64,000 bases of DNA from Capsulimonadales bacterium (GCA_033762295.1 JANRLW010000014.1:14131-78130); one strand, 5' to 3'; shown: positions 1 to 9,736, counted from the stretch's first letter. The notes: generated by a model from the sequence alone, not told the origin. Numbers and translations: made by a program.

Positions 1-654
1 CTGATCGATGGCCGGACTTCCGAAAAGCGCGTAGGGGTTCGGAGCGAGCGGAAGATCGACCGTGGGACCGTCGCCGCTCCGGGGCAGCGCCCGGCGTTCC
101 CGCTCCCATCGTTGCCGTATCGGCAACGGTTCGCGCGGTCGCAGCCGAAGCGTCGCCGAGTAGGTATCGATCTCCGGACCAAGCGGCAGCCAGCGTCCGA
201 GCAGTCCCGCATCAACGAAGATATCGTTCCGGTGGACCTCGATCAGGCGACGGTCGTAGGGCAGGTTTTTCCCCTGCAGGGTTGCGGTTCCGGCGCGAAG
301 GTCGAGACGGAAGCGACGATTCTCACGGAGGAACCAGCCTTCGGCGGTTCCCGATTCGGGAGCGATCGCAATCGCCAGATCGAGCAGGCGACAGAATTCG
401 CCCAGCGGGATCAGCACACCGCCCGCATGCCGGTACGCCTCCAGATCGCGGGTCAGGACCACGTTGTCGAGCAGGACAGCCAGGAGCAGCAGATCCTCCT
501 CGGAGGGTTCGGCGATATCGATCGGTCGCGATTCGGGCCGGTCTCCGTCGGTTTTCCGCTCCTTCCGGGAACGGTCGCGCCGTCCCCCCGCCTCCGGCGT
601 GCGAATCGCCAGGACGATCGCCGGGGGCGCGGCGAAGGCGGACGCAACGTCCAT
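1..654 (-). CDS. Usher-like outer-membrane protein of DUF4402 pilus cluster (N-terminal part, runs off window)
   Basis: Not in ORF track. Manual translation from ATG at 654 (overlaps chaperone TGA): MDVASAFAAPPAIVLAIRTPE...EEDLLLLAVLLDNVVLTRDLEAYRHAG..., resembling the large usher-like proteins that follow DUF4402/PapD-like genes. Confidence 0.6.
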   Translation of the reverse strand, partial: MDVASAFAAPPAIVLAIRTPEAGGRRDRSRKERKTDGDRPESRPIDIAEPSEEDLLLLAVLLDNVVLTRDLEAYRHAGGVLIPLGEFCRLLDLAIAIAPESGTAEGWFLRENRRFRLDLRAGTATLQGKNLPYDRRLIEVHRNDIFVDAGLLGRWLPLGPEIDTYSATLRLRPREPLPIRQRWERERRALPRSGDGPTVDLPLAPNPYALFGSPAIDQ

Positions 655-1514
655 CACGGCACCGTCAGCGTTTTCTCCGCCAGAATGCGTCCGCCCTCCG
701 TCGCCGGTTCGCGGTAAGTCACGGTGAGGGTTCCCTGCGAAGGACGCCGTCCGGCGGGCGGTTTCAGCGGGAGAGTAAAATACCGAACGGGGTTAGGGAC
801 GTATACCGCCATCCCGTTCGACAGACCGACCGGAACCGGCTTTCCGTTGCCCGCCGGGGTAAAAGTCACCTGGAGGTCCCCATAGACGGAACCGTTTCCC
901 TCCCGAAGGAAGGCGCCGGACAGGAGGAGAGCGCCCTCCGGCCCGGTTTCCGTTTTCAGATCCGCAAGGGCAACCGTGGCGGAAACCGCGCCATGGCGGA
1001 CGATCAGAGGAATGGAGACGCCGTATACCGGGGTCAGACGCACGCTCAACCCGTTGGCGGGGGCGGGTTCGCCGGTGGGCAACGGGGAGGTGTCCGGTAT
1101 CGCGCGGAACAGGAGGTTACATCGATACTCGCCGGTTTCGACCTGGGCGGGAAGGCGTAGCTGGACGCGCACCACCTGGCCGGATCGCGGCGGCAGAGTG
1201 ACCTGGCGCGGGGCGAATCGGATCAGGTCCTCGGCGAACTTTTCGCCCGGCAACGGATCGTTCACGGGGATCAGTCTCCCGTTCTCATCCATCCGCCGTC
1301 GGATCAGGGACAGTCGATAGGTGGCCGGCTTATCGCCGTTATTCATCAGGTTGACCTCGGCCGAACGCCGGGTGTCGTCGAGGGTGATTCGTGTCGGCGT
1401 GACCATCAGGTCGCCGGGTCCCTGGGCGACGGCGGCGGAAGCCAGGATCGCCGGGAGAACCGCCGAAAGGACCGCCGGGAGCGGAAGGGAAAGCCAACGG
1501 GCGGAGGGGCGCAT
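654..1514 (-). CDS. PapD-like pilus assembly chaperone
   Basis: Signal peptide, then LMVTPTRITL, LIRFAPRQVTLPP..GQVVRV, GEYRCNLLFRAIP, YGVSIPLIVR: chaperone Ig-fold motifs. Confidence 0.8.
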   Translation of the reverse strand: MRPSARWLSLPLPAVLSAVLPAILASAAVAQGPGDLMVTPTRITLDDTRRSAEVNLMNNGDKPATYRLSLIRRRMDENGRLIPVNDPLPGEKFAEDLIRFAPRQVTLPPRSGQVVRVQLRLPAQVETGEYRCNLLFRAIPDTSPLPTGEPAPANGLSVRLTPVYGVSIPLIVRHGAVSATVALADLKTETGPEGALLLSGAFLREGNGSVYGDLQVTFTPAGNGKPVPVGLSNGMAVYVPNPVRYFTLPLKPPAGRRPSQGTLTVTYREPATEGGRILAEKTLTVP

Positions 1515-1624
1515 GGTGTTCCTCGGTTATCGAAATGAAAGCCGGTCGTCTGCAGGGAGCAGCCGACCGGCTCAGCGCTGGGCGCGGTGCGGTGACGAGA
1601 ACGGGGTCCGAAACGGACCGTTAT

Positions 1625-2167
1625 TCAGTCGTAGCTGACGATGACGTCGAACGTGGCGGTGTAGGCGCCGGGTTCCTGATTCGCGCCGACGCTCAGGGTC
1701 GCGCCGACACTCAGCGTATCCGCCCCACCGTTCAGGACGTAGCTGTTAACGGAGGATTTGGTGAACGAGTCCACGGCCATGGTCGCGGAGTTCGGTCCGT
1801 TCAGAGTCACGGTGCCGTCGGCGGGCAGAAGAACATTGTAGGAATAGCCGGTCTGTCCGGTGATCGTGAAGGAAGCCGCGCCCGGCGCGTCTCCGACGGC
1901 GGCGACGAGAACCACATTTGCCGACCCGGTTCGGTTGCCGGCGGGCGCGATCGTAACCGTCCCGGCGGAGGACGTCGTGGCGACCGATCCGAACTTCAGG
2001 TCATTGACCTTGGTGATGCTGATCGGAGTGACGATGGTCGCTCCGGAGTTGGCCGTGGCGGTGTCTGTGTTCGTCTGAGCGGAAGCGGAACGTGCGCCAC
2101 CGGCGATCAGAACGAGGCCCGCGAGGCCAGAGAGCAGAAACTTGACGCTGTTTTTAGCGCGGAACAT
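1625..2167 (-). CDS. DUF4402-family secreted pilin-like subunit
   Basis: Start moved to ATG 2167 (AGGAG RBS). Signal peptide; PISITKVNDLKFG; C-terminal VGATLSVGANQEPGAYTATFDVIVSYD beta-zipper with penultimate Tyr. Confidence 0.8.
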   Translation of the reverse strand: MFRAKNSVKFLLSGLAGLVLIAGGARSASAQTNTDTATANSGATIVTPISITKVNDLKFGSVATTSSAGTVTIAPAGNRTGSANVVLVAAVGDAPGAASFTITGQTGYSYNVLLPADGTVTLNGPNSATMAVDSFTKSSVNSYVLNGGADTLSVGATLSVGANQEPGAYTATFDVIVSYD

Positions 2168-2497
2168 GACTTTATCTCCTTTTGCTTTAGCGGTGATCCG
2201 GAGAATCACCGAATCCGCTGTCTCCCGAGGGTCAGATCGCTGTCTGACGGGCGGATTTCAATACGTTGGCTTGAAGGTACTCTCACCGAAGTCAGGTATC
2301 GAAGGGACTGAAACAGGTTTTTCGGAGGGCGGCTTTTCGGATCTCCCTGGTGTCTCGCCGCTTACATTCTAATGATAGGCGTCGGTGCCGCCCGGTCTCA
2401 CGGCAATAATACGTTAACATTTTCACACCTAAATAAGAATTTTTAGTATATATAATTGCATTTATAAATTTGTCAGTTTGTTTGTAAACCCTGAACT

Positions 2498-2537
2498 ACG
2501 AGGGCCTCTCCGTTTACGCGTTCGGAGAGGCCCTCGT
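2498..2537 (-). terminator. Hairpin downstream of flotillin gene
   Basis: 15-bp perfect stem ACGAGGGCCTCTCCG/CGGAGAGGCCCTCGT. Confidence 0.6.
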
Positions 2538-2567
2538 CGATCGGATCGTATTCCCGACTATTCCCGA

Positions 2568-3965
2568 CTATTTCCGGCGCGGCGCGGGAGGCGGCGCGGG
2601 GTTGCCGTTGCCCACGCCCAGGTCATAGGGCAGGGGAGCGGGCGACGGTGTGGCGGGCGATGGCAGGGCTTGCGCAGGGGCCGGCGGCGGAGCGGGCGAC
2701 GGCGGCGGGATCGCGACTCCGGGTCCGGCGGGGGCGGGAGCGATCATGTCGCGCAGTTGTCCGTTGATCAACTGGGTTGCGAGCAGGGTCTGGATGACGC
2801 CGGTGATCTGGTCGGTCGCGCCGCCGGCCGCGCCGCGTCCCTCCCCGTTCGAGATGTTGACGAGTTTGGCCTGGGCCAGGGCGGAGGCGATGGCGGGCGT
2901 GATCTGGGGCAGCATCTCCAGCTGTCGGAGAGCCAGGTAGGCGTCCCCGCCCTCCCGGATGGCGTCGTTGACGGCGCGGATGGCATCGGCCTGCGCCGAG
3001 CCGAGGGCGCGGATTTTGACCGCTTCCGCTTCGGCGGCGGCTTCCGCCTGAACCCGGACCCGTGCCGCGTCGGCGTTCGCCTGCGCGATCTGGGTCGCCT
3101 TCAACTCGGCCTCACGCTGTTTGGCGAGGGCGTCCTGCCGACGGGCCTCGGCTTCGGCGACCATGGCGGCGTTCTCGGCGACCCGCTGCTCCAGGTCGCG
3201 TCGTTTATCGGAAATGGCCTGTTCCGCCTGCAGCTGCGCCTCCTTGGCCCGCCGTTCCTGGTCGGCGGCGACGATGTCGGCGTTGGCTTTGGCCTCGACC
3301 GCGGACCGGCGGCGGCGGGCCTCGGCGACCTCGCTCTGCACTTCCTTGATATTCAGCGAGTTGAAGACCAGTCCGAGGTCCTGCAATTCGCGCGAGCAGG
3401 CCGACTTGATGATGATTGCCAGACGGTCGTCATCCTCGACCGTGGATAGAGAGATCGAGGCGGCTCCGGCGGTGCCGTCGGCCTGCGTTTTGGTGGAGAA
3501 AAGTTCGTCGTGATTGAGGAGGTTGATCGCGCGGCGTCCCGTCGAGGTCAGAAGGTCCGACAGGATGGCGTTCTGCTCCGGCTCCGGGCGGGAGAAGAAC
3601 TTGTTGGCGGCGGTCGTGATCATCTCATCGGTATCGCCGACGGACACGATCGCGGAGGCGAGGACGCGCACCTTGATCGGTTTCGGAACCCCGGTCTGGC
3701 GATCGATGTCGGCGGTCTGGTCGGCGATATCGAGGTCGATGTTGATCGCCTTCGAAGGGATGGTCGTCCCGGTGGTGAAGACGGGGATTTCGATCGCCTT
3801 GCCCGGTCCCCGGTAGATCGCGGTACTGCCTCGCCAGGAGGTGACCAGGCGGATCGTCCCGGCGTCGACCGTGGTCAGAAAGCGGCTGATGATGAAGGGG
3901 ATCAGCAGAATGACAAAAACGATGACGCCGGCTCCCGCAAGTACCGGTCCCAAAAAGCCTTCCAT
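2568..3965 (-). CDS. Flotillin-like SPFH-domain protein
   Basis: N-terminal TM, SPFH domain (LQDLGLVFNSLNIKEV), AEA-rich coiled coil, LEMLPQI motif, Pro-rich tail. Confidence 0.85.
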   Translation of the reverse strand: MEGFLGPVLAGAGVIVFVILLIPFIISRFLTTVDAGTIRLVTSWRGSTAIYRGPGKAIEIPVFTTGTTIPSKAINIDLDIADQTADIDRQTGVPKPIKVRVLASAIVSVGDTDEMITTAANKFFSRPEPEQNAILSDLLTSTGRRAINLLNHDELFSTKTQADGTAGAASISLSTVEDDDRLAIIIKSACSRELQDLGLVFNSLNIKEVQSEVAEARRRRSAVEAKANADIVAADQERRAKEAQLQAEQAISDKRRDLEQRVAENAAMVAEAEARRQDALAKQREAELKATQIAQANADAARVRVQAEAAAEAEAVKIRALGSAQADAIRAVNDAIREGGDAYLALRQLEMLPQITPAIASALAQAKLVNISNGEGRGAAGGATDQITGVIQTLLATQLINGQLRDMIAPAPAGPGVAIPPPSPAPPPAPAQALPSPATPSPAPLPYDLGVGNGNPAPPPAPRRK

Positions 3966-4004
3966 AAATATCCTCCTACGAACGGACGCGAACGAAAATG
4001 CCTC

Positions 4005-4655
4005 TTAAAGACGCGTTACCCGGCAGGTGTTCCGCCGACGGTCGATCGCGGTGACGACGAGTTTCTGGCCGGCGGTCACCGGTTCCCCCTCCCGGATCTC
4101 CTCGGGTTCCAGTTGCGCCAGGATGCGGACGATCTGTCCGTCCACGTTCAGGCGAACGATCCCCCGTCCCTCCCGATCGAACCGACTGTCGGCCTCCCCC
4201 TCGCGGGCGACCGCGGCGGACAGCGTCGCGGCCGGTTTCGAGGCGAAGGCGAAGATCAACCGGCGCAACGGCGCGACGACCAGATAGTAGAGCGCAAGCC
4301 CCCCGAGGGCGGCGATCAGCGCGACCAGCCATCGCTCCCGTAACTGCATTTGCAGCAGCAGTCCGGTCACGCCGGCCCCGAGACAGAGGGTGAAGAGGGC
4401 GAGCGGCGACAGCAGGGAGACGAACGGCGAGGACGGCGGTTCCGGTCCGCCGGTCGGCGCATGGTTCGCCGGAGGGACTTCGGTATTCGGAAGCCCGTGA
4501 ACATGGACGGTCTCCGGTGCATGACCATGGACGTGCAGGTGTCCGTGCAGGTGAAGGCCCCCGTGCTGGGCGTCGTGGTCGCCGTGGATAAATCCGAGAA
4601 CCGTCTGTGCCAGAAGCCCGAGACCGCCCACCGCGGAAAGCAACTCATAGACCAT
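4005..4655 (-). CDS. NfeD-like flotillin partner with His-rich loop
   Basis: TM helices plus C-terminal OB-fold (GIVRLNVDGQIVRILA..GQKLVV); directly upstream of flotillin; start set at MVYELL. Confidence 0.75.
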   Translation of the reverse strand: MVYELLSAVGGLGLLAQTVLGFIHGDHDAQHGGLHLHGHLHVHGHAPETVHVHGLPNTEVPPANHAPTGGPEPPSSPFVSLLSPLALFTLCLGAGVTGLLLQMQLRERWLVALIAALGGLALYYLVVAPLRRLIFAFASKPAATLSAAVAREGEADSRFDREGRGIVRLNVDGQIVRILAQLEPEEIREGEPVTAGQKLVVTAIDRRRNTCRVTRL

Positions 4656-4844
4656 ACCGCATCGTTCCTCCCCCACTATTCTGGCACGCGACCCGTGGCG
4701 CGGGTTGCAACAGTCGGGTTTTTCATCGGGCACGGACGCCGAAAACGTGCAAAAACGCGCCGGAAATGTACGGGGACAAACACCGGGGCCGCGTGTTACA
4801 CTTCAGACACCTTTGGAAACCTTTGATTTCGCGAGGATAAACGT

Positions 4845-5666
4845 ATGCTCACCGACGAACAGGTGGCCTCGTTTCGGGAACGGGGCTTTCTCAATTACGG
4901 ACCCGCGCTGACCGCCGCCGAGACGGCGGGGTTGAAGGAGGCGCTGGAGCGCACTCTGGCGGGGAAAAGCGCGGCGCAGCCGGAACGGATCACCAACCTC
5001 AGCGCGGGGATGGGCGAGGAGAACGTCGTCATCCAGATCGTGAATATGTGGGAGGCGGAACCGGCCTTTCGGCAGCACCTGTATAACGACCGGATCGTCC
5101 CGATGGTGGCGCAATTGATCGGCACGGACACCGTCCGCGTCTGGCACGACCAGGTGCAGGTCAAACCGCCGAAGACCGGCGGGCCGACGATCTGGCATCA
5201 GGATCATCCTTACTGGCCGGTGATTCAGCCGGCGGATCTGGTATCGGCATGGGTGGCGATCGAGGATGCGACGATCGGAAACGGGTGTATGTGGATGGTT
5301 CCGGGCAGCCATCGGTGGGGACCGCATCGTGACGGCACCGTGGGCAGCGACCCGGAGACCTGGGGTCCGACCCCCGACCGGTCCCTGGTTCCGGAAGACG
5401 CGGACCTGACGCCGGTCGCTTGCGAGGTACCGGCGGGAAGCGTCGTCTTCCATCATTGCCTGACCTGGCATGGCGCGCCGCCGAACCGTTCGGAAAGGAA
5501 CCGACCGGCGATCGCGGTACACTACATGCCGGGCTGGACACGGTACGAACCGAGCGGCCGGAGCCATCTGGTGGAATACCATATTCAGGTGAAGCCGGGG
5601 GAAACGCTGGTCGGCGACCACTTCCCGACGGTGATGGAAAACGGCGTCCTCCGGCAGCCGGAGTAG
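4845..5666 (+). CDS. PhyH-family Fe(II)/2-oxoglutarate dioxygenase
   Basis: WHQD, SAWVAIEDATIGNGCMWMVPGSH, VFHHCLTWHG, NRSERNR motifs. Confidence 0.9.
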   Translation: MLTDEQVASFRERGFLNYGPALTAAETAGLKEALERTLAGKSAAQPERITNLSAGMGEENVVIQIVNMWEAEPAFRQHLYNDRIVPMVAQLIGTDTVRVWHDQVQVKPPKTGGPTIWHQDHPYWPVIQPADLVSAWVAIEDATIGNGCMWMVPGSHRWGPHRDGTVGSDPETWGPTPDRSLVPEDADLTPVACEVPAGSVVFHHCLTWHGAPPNRSERNRPAIAVHYMPGWTRYEPSGRSHLVEYHIQVKPGETLVGDHFPTVMENGVLRQPE

Positions 5667-5726
5667 CAGGACACCGGACCGACGACGGCAAACAACCTCC
5701 GTGTAAGTAACGACGAAGGGGCAGCG

Positions 5727-6512
5727 ATGAGCGATTTCGAGTACAAACAGAAGACCTTTGCGCAGGATGACATCGAGGGCATGACGAAGGCGATGCATGA
5801 GGACGGCTTTGCGCTCTGTCCGGGCGTTCTGAACGCGGCGGAAGTGCAGGCGGTGCGAGACGCGATCGACCGTCTTCAGCCGTTCGGCTTTGACCGTCTG
5901 GGCGTCACCGACCATTTCAAGTGCGTCTTCAACCGGGACAAGGTGTTCCTGGACCTGATCGATCGGGAGCCGACCGTGACACTGGCCGAGGCGACGATGG
6001 GGGAACAGTGTCATATCATCGGTGAGTCGGCGTGGCGTTCCTATCCGGGTCACAACGGCTGGGGGCCGCACACGGACCGCCTGTTCGTTCAGTTTCCGGA
6101 GGAGATCGTGGACGATCCGCGGTTCAAGCTGCCGATCTACCAGTGTACGGCTCACTACTATCTGGACGACCTGACTTTGGATCTGGCGCCGACCTGGGTG
6201 ATTCCGGGCAGTCATCGTTCCGGTCGTCCGGTTCCGCCGGGCGGCGACCCGGAGTGGAACGGCCGGAAGCTCGAGCCGGTGCTGTGCAAGGCGGGCGACA
6301 TGCTGTTTTTCCGCTCCGAGATATGGCACACCGGGAGCAAGAACACGTCGGATCGAACCCGGTATCTGCTCCAGGTGCACTATTCACACCGGTACATCAC
6401 TCAGCAGTTTTCGCCCTATCTGCGGTTCCAGTTCGCGCCCCATATTCTGGAGATCGCGAACCCGCGTCAGCGGAAGCTGCTGGGCGACCATCCGCCGACC
6501 GCCTACGACTGA
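5727..6512 (+). CDS. PhyH-family dioxygenase (second, divergent paralog)
   Basis: PHTD, TWVIPGSH, AGDMLFFRSEIWHTGSKNTSDRTR motifs. Confidence 0.85.
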   Translation: MSDFEYKQKTFAQDDIEGMTKAMHEDGFALCPGVLNAAEVQAVRDAIDRLQPFGFDRLGVTDHFKCVFNRDKVFLDLIDREPTVTLAEATMGEQCHIIGESAWRSYPGHNGWGPHTDRLFVQFPEEIVDDPRFKLPIYQCTAHYYLDDLTLDLAPTWVIPGSHRSGRPVPPGGDPEWNGRKLEPVLCKAGDMLFFRSEIWHTGSKNTSDRTRYLLQVHYSHRYITQQFSPYLRFQFAPHILEIANPRQRKLLGDHPPTAYD

Positions 6513-6530
6513 TCGGGCGCTACGAAAAGC

Positions 6531-6610
6531 CGGTCGGAGTCGCTCAGAGTCGCTCAAAGTCGATCGATTGCGATCGAAAGGGATCGCAATCGATCGCAAT
6601 CGATCAGAAT
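6531..6610. repeat. Degenerate 10-bp tandem repeat (8 units) with internal inverted repeat
   Basis: cggtcggagt/cgctcagagt/cgctcaaagt/cgatcgattg/cgatcgaaag/ggatcgcaat/cgatcgcaat/cgatcagaat between convergent genes. Confidence 0.7.
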
Positions 6611-6936
6611 GGGTGCTTGTGACGGAACGCCTTTTCGTCCGGGACATGATCCCAGACGTGTCGTTCCTCCGGGGTCAGGCTCCGAATTGAGATATCCGGT
6701 TCTCCGGTCCCGAGCAGAAGCTCGGCGATTCGGAAGGCGAGATAGAGCATGGCAGCCAGCGCTATCCCTTTCAGCAGAATGACGACGGCCGGTTGGAGAC
6801 AGCGCACCGGATCGATGGCGAGCGAGTGGCTGATGACGGCGATCGGCGGGTCGGCGGCGAAAACACTTTTGCTGAGGCCGGTACAAACGACGGTCAAAAC
6901 GGCGGCGATCAACTGACGGAACGGGTTCTTTTTCAT
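6604..6936 (-). CDS. Small hypothetical membrane/secreted protein
   Basis: MKKNPF.. signal-peptide-like N-terminus plus one TM helix; AT-rich upstream region. Confidence 0.55.
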   Translation of the reverse strand: MKKNPFRQLIAAVLTVVCTGLSKSVFAADPPIAVISHSLAIDPVRCLQPAVVILLKGIALAAMLYLAFRIAELLLGTGEPDISIRSLTPEERHVWDHVPDEKAFRHKHPF

Positions 6937-7069
6937 AACGCGATTACCTGGCAACCGATCCGGGGAGGATAGGCTAATCTCCTGTTCGTCGTTACTTTAT
7001 CCGGTCCTTCGTCTGATCTTTACTGTTATGGTTACTGTTTTTCCTATTTAAACAGAGAGAATTTTCTGT

Positions 7070-7116
7070 CAGAGCGAACGAAAGCCCGGAGAAATTCCGG
7101 GCTTTCGTTCGCTCTG
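7070..7116. terminator. Long hairpin, terminator for DinB gene
   Basis: 21-bp perfect stem CAGAGCGAACGAAAGCCCGGA-GAAAT-TCCGGGCTTTCGTTCGCTCTG. Confidence 0.75.
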
Positions 7117-7135
7117 TCAATCCGGTGACGAATCT

Positions 7136-7609
7136 TCACCAGTGGTTTTCGGCGTCGCCGTACAGCATCTGGATATACGCGAGCTGGCCGTCGTGGTATG
7201 CCATATGGCTCGCCGGCAGACTGGCGACGCCGAACCGGTCGGAGGACCGGGTGGGAAAGAAGGCGGCCGGTTCACCGTACGTCGCCGGGTCCGTGGCCTC
7301 CAGCGCCCGGATCAGCCGGGTGGTTTCCTTTGAAAGAAACTCGCGTGCCCCGGTCCTGGTGTCATAGGAGGCGAGCAGCGCTTCCCGCTCCTCTCGTCCG
7401 GGGAAGTTAACAGTCCCGGTCTCCAGGAACGTCGCCACCAGTCCGTTGACGACGGCGCATTCGGCGACGATATGGACGGCGGAACGGGCGCAGCCGCCGG
7501 GACACTGGTTCTCGCGGTCGTCGGGAATGGCGTTAAAGTTGTTCATCAGGCGCGCGGCCGTGCGTTCGGTACTCTCGATCAGATATCGTTTCGGGTCAAA
7601 TTCCGGCAT
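7136..7609 (-). CDS. DinB-family protein
   Basis: RSAVHIVAEC and HMAYHDGQLAYIQ motifs; start MPEFDPK with RBS. Confidence 0.85.
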   Translation of the reverse strand: MPEFDPKRYLIESTERTAARLMNNFNAIPDDRENQCPGGCARSAVHIVAECAVVNGLVATFLETGTVNFPGREEREALLASYDTRTGAREFLSKETTRLIRALEATDPATYGEPAAFFPTRSSDRFGVASLPASHMAYHDGQLAYIQMLYGDAENHW

Positions 7610-7755
7610 GGTGTTTCCTTTCCTTTCGATCGATGCCTTCACCGGTAACGTTCGCCGTCGGTCACCCGATTTCCGTGAAGTACTGCGGTCACCGGCAGGT
7701 TTTGTCGGAACGGTTCCCTCCCCGTGCCTGCCGCCCGTGCGCGTATAATGCAGAA

Positions 7756-9192
7756 ATGAAACTCTTCGGAATTCGTGCCGTCGACGCGGAGACCGGACGC
7801 GGCGTTCCGCTGACCGAACTGGAAACGACGGATCGTGCGGTCACTGTCACGGACAGTAACGGATGGGCGGCGATTACGGACCCGGCTCTGATGGATCGGG
7901 AGGTCTGGTTCTCCGTCCGTAGCCAGGGATACGCTTTTCCGAAGGACGGGTTCGGTTTTTCGGGCTTGCGTCTCAAAGTGACCGACGGCGGGCGGACGGT
8001 AGTGAAGTTGCGTCGGGTCAACATCGCCGAGCGTTTATGTCGTCTGACCGGCGGGGGTATCTATTCCGACAGCGTCCTCCTTGGCGAATCGACGCCGCTT
8101 CGCGATCCTCTGCGCCCCGGCAGCGTGTTCGGCCAGGATTCGGCGATGGCCCTCCCCTTTCGTGGTCGTCTCCTCTGGTTCTGGGGCGACACCAACCGGA
8201 TCGAGTACCCCCTCGGCAACTTCCGCACCTCCGGCGCGGTGGCGACCTTTCCGGCGGGCGAGACGACGGCGGAACGCGGGCTGGACTTTGCCTATTTTAC
8301 GGGCGAGGACGGATTCGCACGGGCCCTCTGTCCGACCGATCAACCGGGTCCGGTCTGGATCTCCGGGCTGACGACGCTTCGGGAGGGGAACGAGGAGATG
8401 TTGCTGGCGCACTATGCTCGAATGAAGGATCTGGGAACGCGCCGGGAACATGGTTACGTTCTCTGGGACGACGTACGCAATGTCTTCCGTTTCACGAACA
8501 AACTGTCTCTGTCCGAAACCTGGCGGTTCCTCGACGGGCATCCGATCTCTTGGACGGAAAACGGGATCGGCTACCGCGCGGGCGGTTTTTGCTTCCCGCA
8601 CGTTCGCGTCCCGGCCCGACGGACGGCGGTGCTACAGCCTTCCGCGTACGAAGGGTTCACCTGCCTGACGGCGGACGGCAGGGTACGGCGCGACGGTCGC
8701 GGGCGAGCCGTGTACGGGTGGCAGAAAGTCGCGCCCCCGCTCACGGCACGGACGGAGGCGGGCTTGCTGAAGGCGAAACAGCTTCGCCCGGAGGAGGTGC
8801 GCTTTCTGCCGAGGGACTCCGCCGGAGGGGTTGTCGTGACGCACGGCGGTTCGGTCACCTGGAACCCCTGGCGTCGACGCTGGATTTTGATCGCGACACA
8901 GTACTTCGGCAAATCGTCCCCGCTCGGTGAGATATGGTACTCCGAGGCAGATTCCCCGATCGGTCCCTGGCGTCGGGCGGTGAAGATCGTGACGCACGAA
9001 CGGTTCACCTTCTACAACCCGGTGCATCACCCGTTTCTCGATACGGACGGCGGACGCCGGATCTTCTTTGAGGGAACGTATACGCAGACGTTTTCCAGCG
9101 CTCCGTCGCCGACGCCGCGTTACGACTACAACCAGATCCTGTACCGACTCGACCTTGCCGACCCGCGCCTCCGTTTCGCACAAACGGCATGA
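7756..9192 (+). CDS. Hypothetical protein: carboxypeptidase-regulatory-like N-domain plus probable beta-propeller
   Basis: VDAETGRGVP..TDSNG N-terminus; WFWGDTN, WNPWRRRW, YSEADSPIGPW, FYNPVHHP; TATAAT 6 nt upstream of ATG 7756. Confidence 0.65.
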   Translation: MKLFGIRAVDAETGRGVPLTELETTDRAVTVTDSNGWAAITDPALMDREVWFSVRSQGYAFPKDGFGFSGLRLKVTDGGRTVVKLRRVNIAERLCRLTGGGIYSDSVLLGESTPLRDPLRPGSVFGQDSAMALPFRGRLLWFWGDTNRIEYPLGNFRTSGAVATFPAGETTAERGLDFAYFTGEDGFARALCPTDQPGPVWISGLTTLREGNEEMLLAHYARMKDLGTRREHGYVLWDDVRNVFRFTNKLSLSETWRFLDGHPISWTENGIGYRAGGFCFPHVRVPARRTAVLQPSAYEGFTCLTADGRVRRDGRGRAVYGWQKVAPPLTARTEAGLLKAKQLRPEEVRFLPRDSAGGVVVTHGGSVTWNPWRRRWILIATQYFGKSSPLGEIWYSEADSPIGPWRRAVKIVTHERFTFYNPVHHPFLDTDGGRRIFFEGTYTQTFSSAPSPTPRYDYNQILYRLDLADPRLRFAQTA

Positions 9193-9242
9193 GCGGAGAT
9201 ATCGGAACGGATGTCGCCCGGAGCGTTTATCATTCCGGGCGA

Positions 9243-9258
9243 TGTTTCACGTGAAACT
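9243..9258. promoter_or_regulatory. parS site
   Basis: TGTTTCACGTGAAACT, 15/16 to consensus TGTTTCACGTGAAACA. Confidence 0.9.
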
Positions 9259-9259
9259 C

Positions 9260-9712
9260 TTACAGCGGTTTTTCGTCCGGGCGGGCGATGTGCTGGAAGA
9301 ACTCGAGCACTTCGCCGTCCGGGCCGAGGAAGAAGCCGACGCGGATGGTTTTGGTGCCGACCTCGACCGTCTTCGGCTCAATGGTGATCGGGCAGCCAAG
9401 AGCGCGTACGGTCTCGATATCGGCATCGACATCGGACGACCGCATCGCCAGATGGAAGTACGGCCATGCCGGGGGAACCTCGCCCCCTTCCGGCGGGGTC
9501 TGGCCGGGCTTGCTGGCAAACAGTTCGAGGTAGTTTCCGTCCCCCATATCGAGAAGAGCGATACGCCCCTCCCCCTCTCCCCACTGGTGGGCGAGGACGA
9601 ATCCGAGACCGTCCGTGTAGAAGGCGAACGAACGGTCGAAGTCGCGGGCGCGCAGAGCGATATGGTGGTAACCACCGGTGCTCAGGCGGACATTGGTCGA
9701 TGTTTCGGGCAT
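9260..9712 (-). CDS. VOC/glyoxalase-family protein
   Basis: HHIAL..FYTDGLGF, LELF, HLAM, FFLGPDGEVLEF. Confidence 0.9.
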   Translation of the reverse strand: MPETSTNVRLSTGGYHHIALRARDFDRSFAFYTDGLGFVLAHQWGEGEGRIALLDMGDGNYLELFASKPGQTPPEGGEVPPAWPYFHLAMRSSDVDADIETVRALGCPITIEPKTVEVGTKTIRVGFFLGPDGEVLEFFQHIARPDEKPL

Positions 9713-9736
9713 GGTTCCTCCGGAATGGTGTGCGGA

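Noticed and set aside
4682..4765. Sigma-54-like TGGC/TTGC words upstream of the NfeD gene (also 14664-14678 minus, 56281-56294)
   Set aside because: GG-GC spacing is 8-9 nt rather than the obligatory 10
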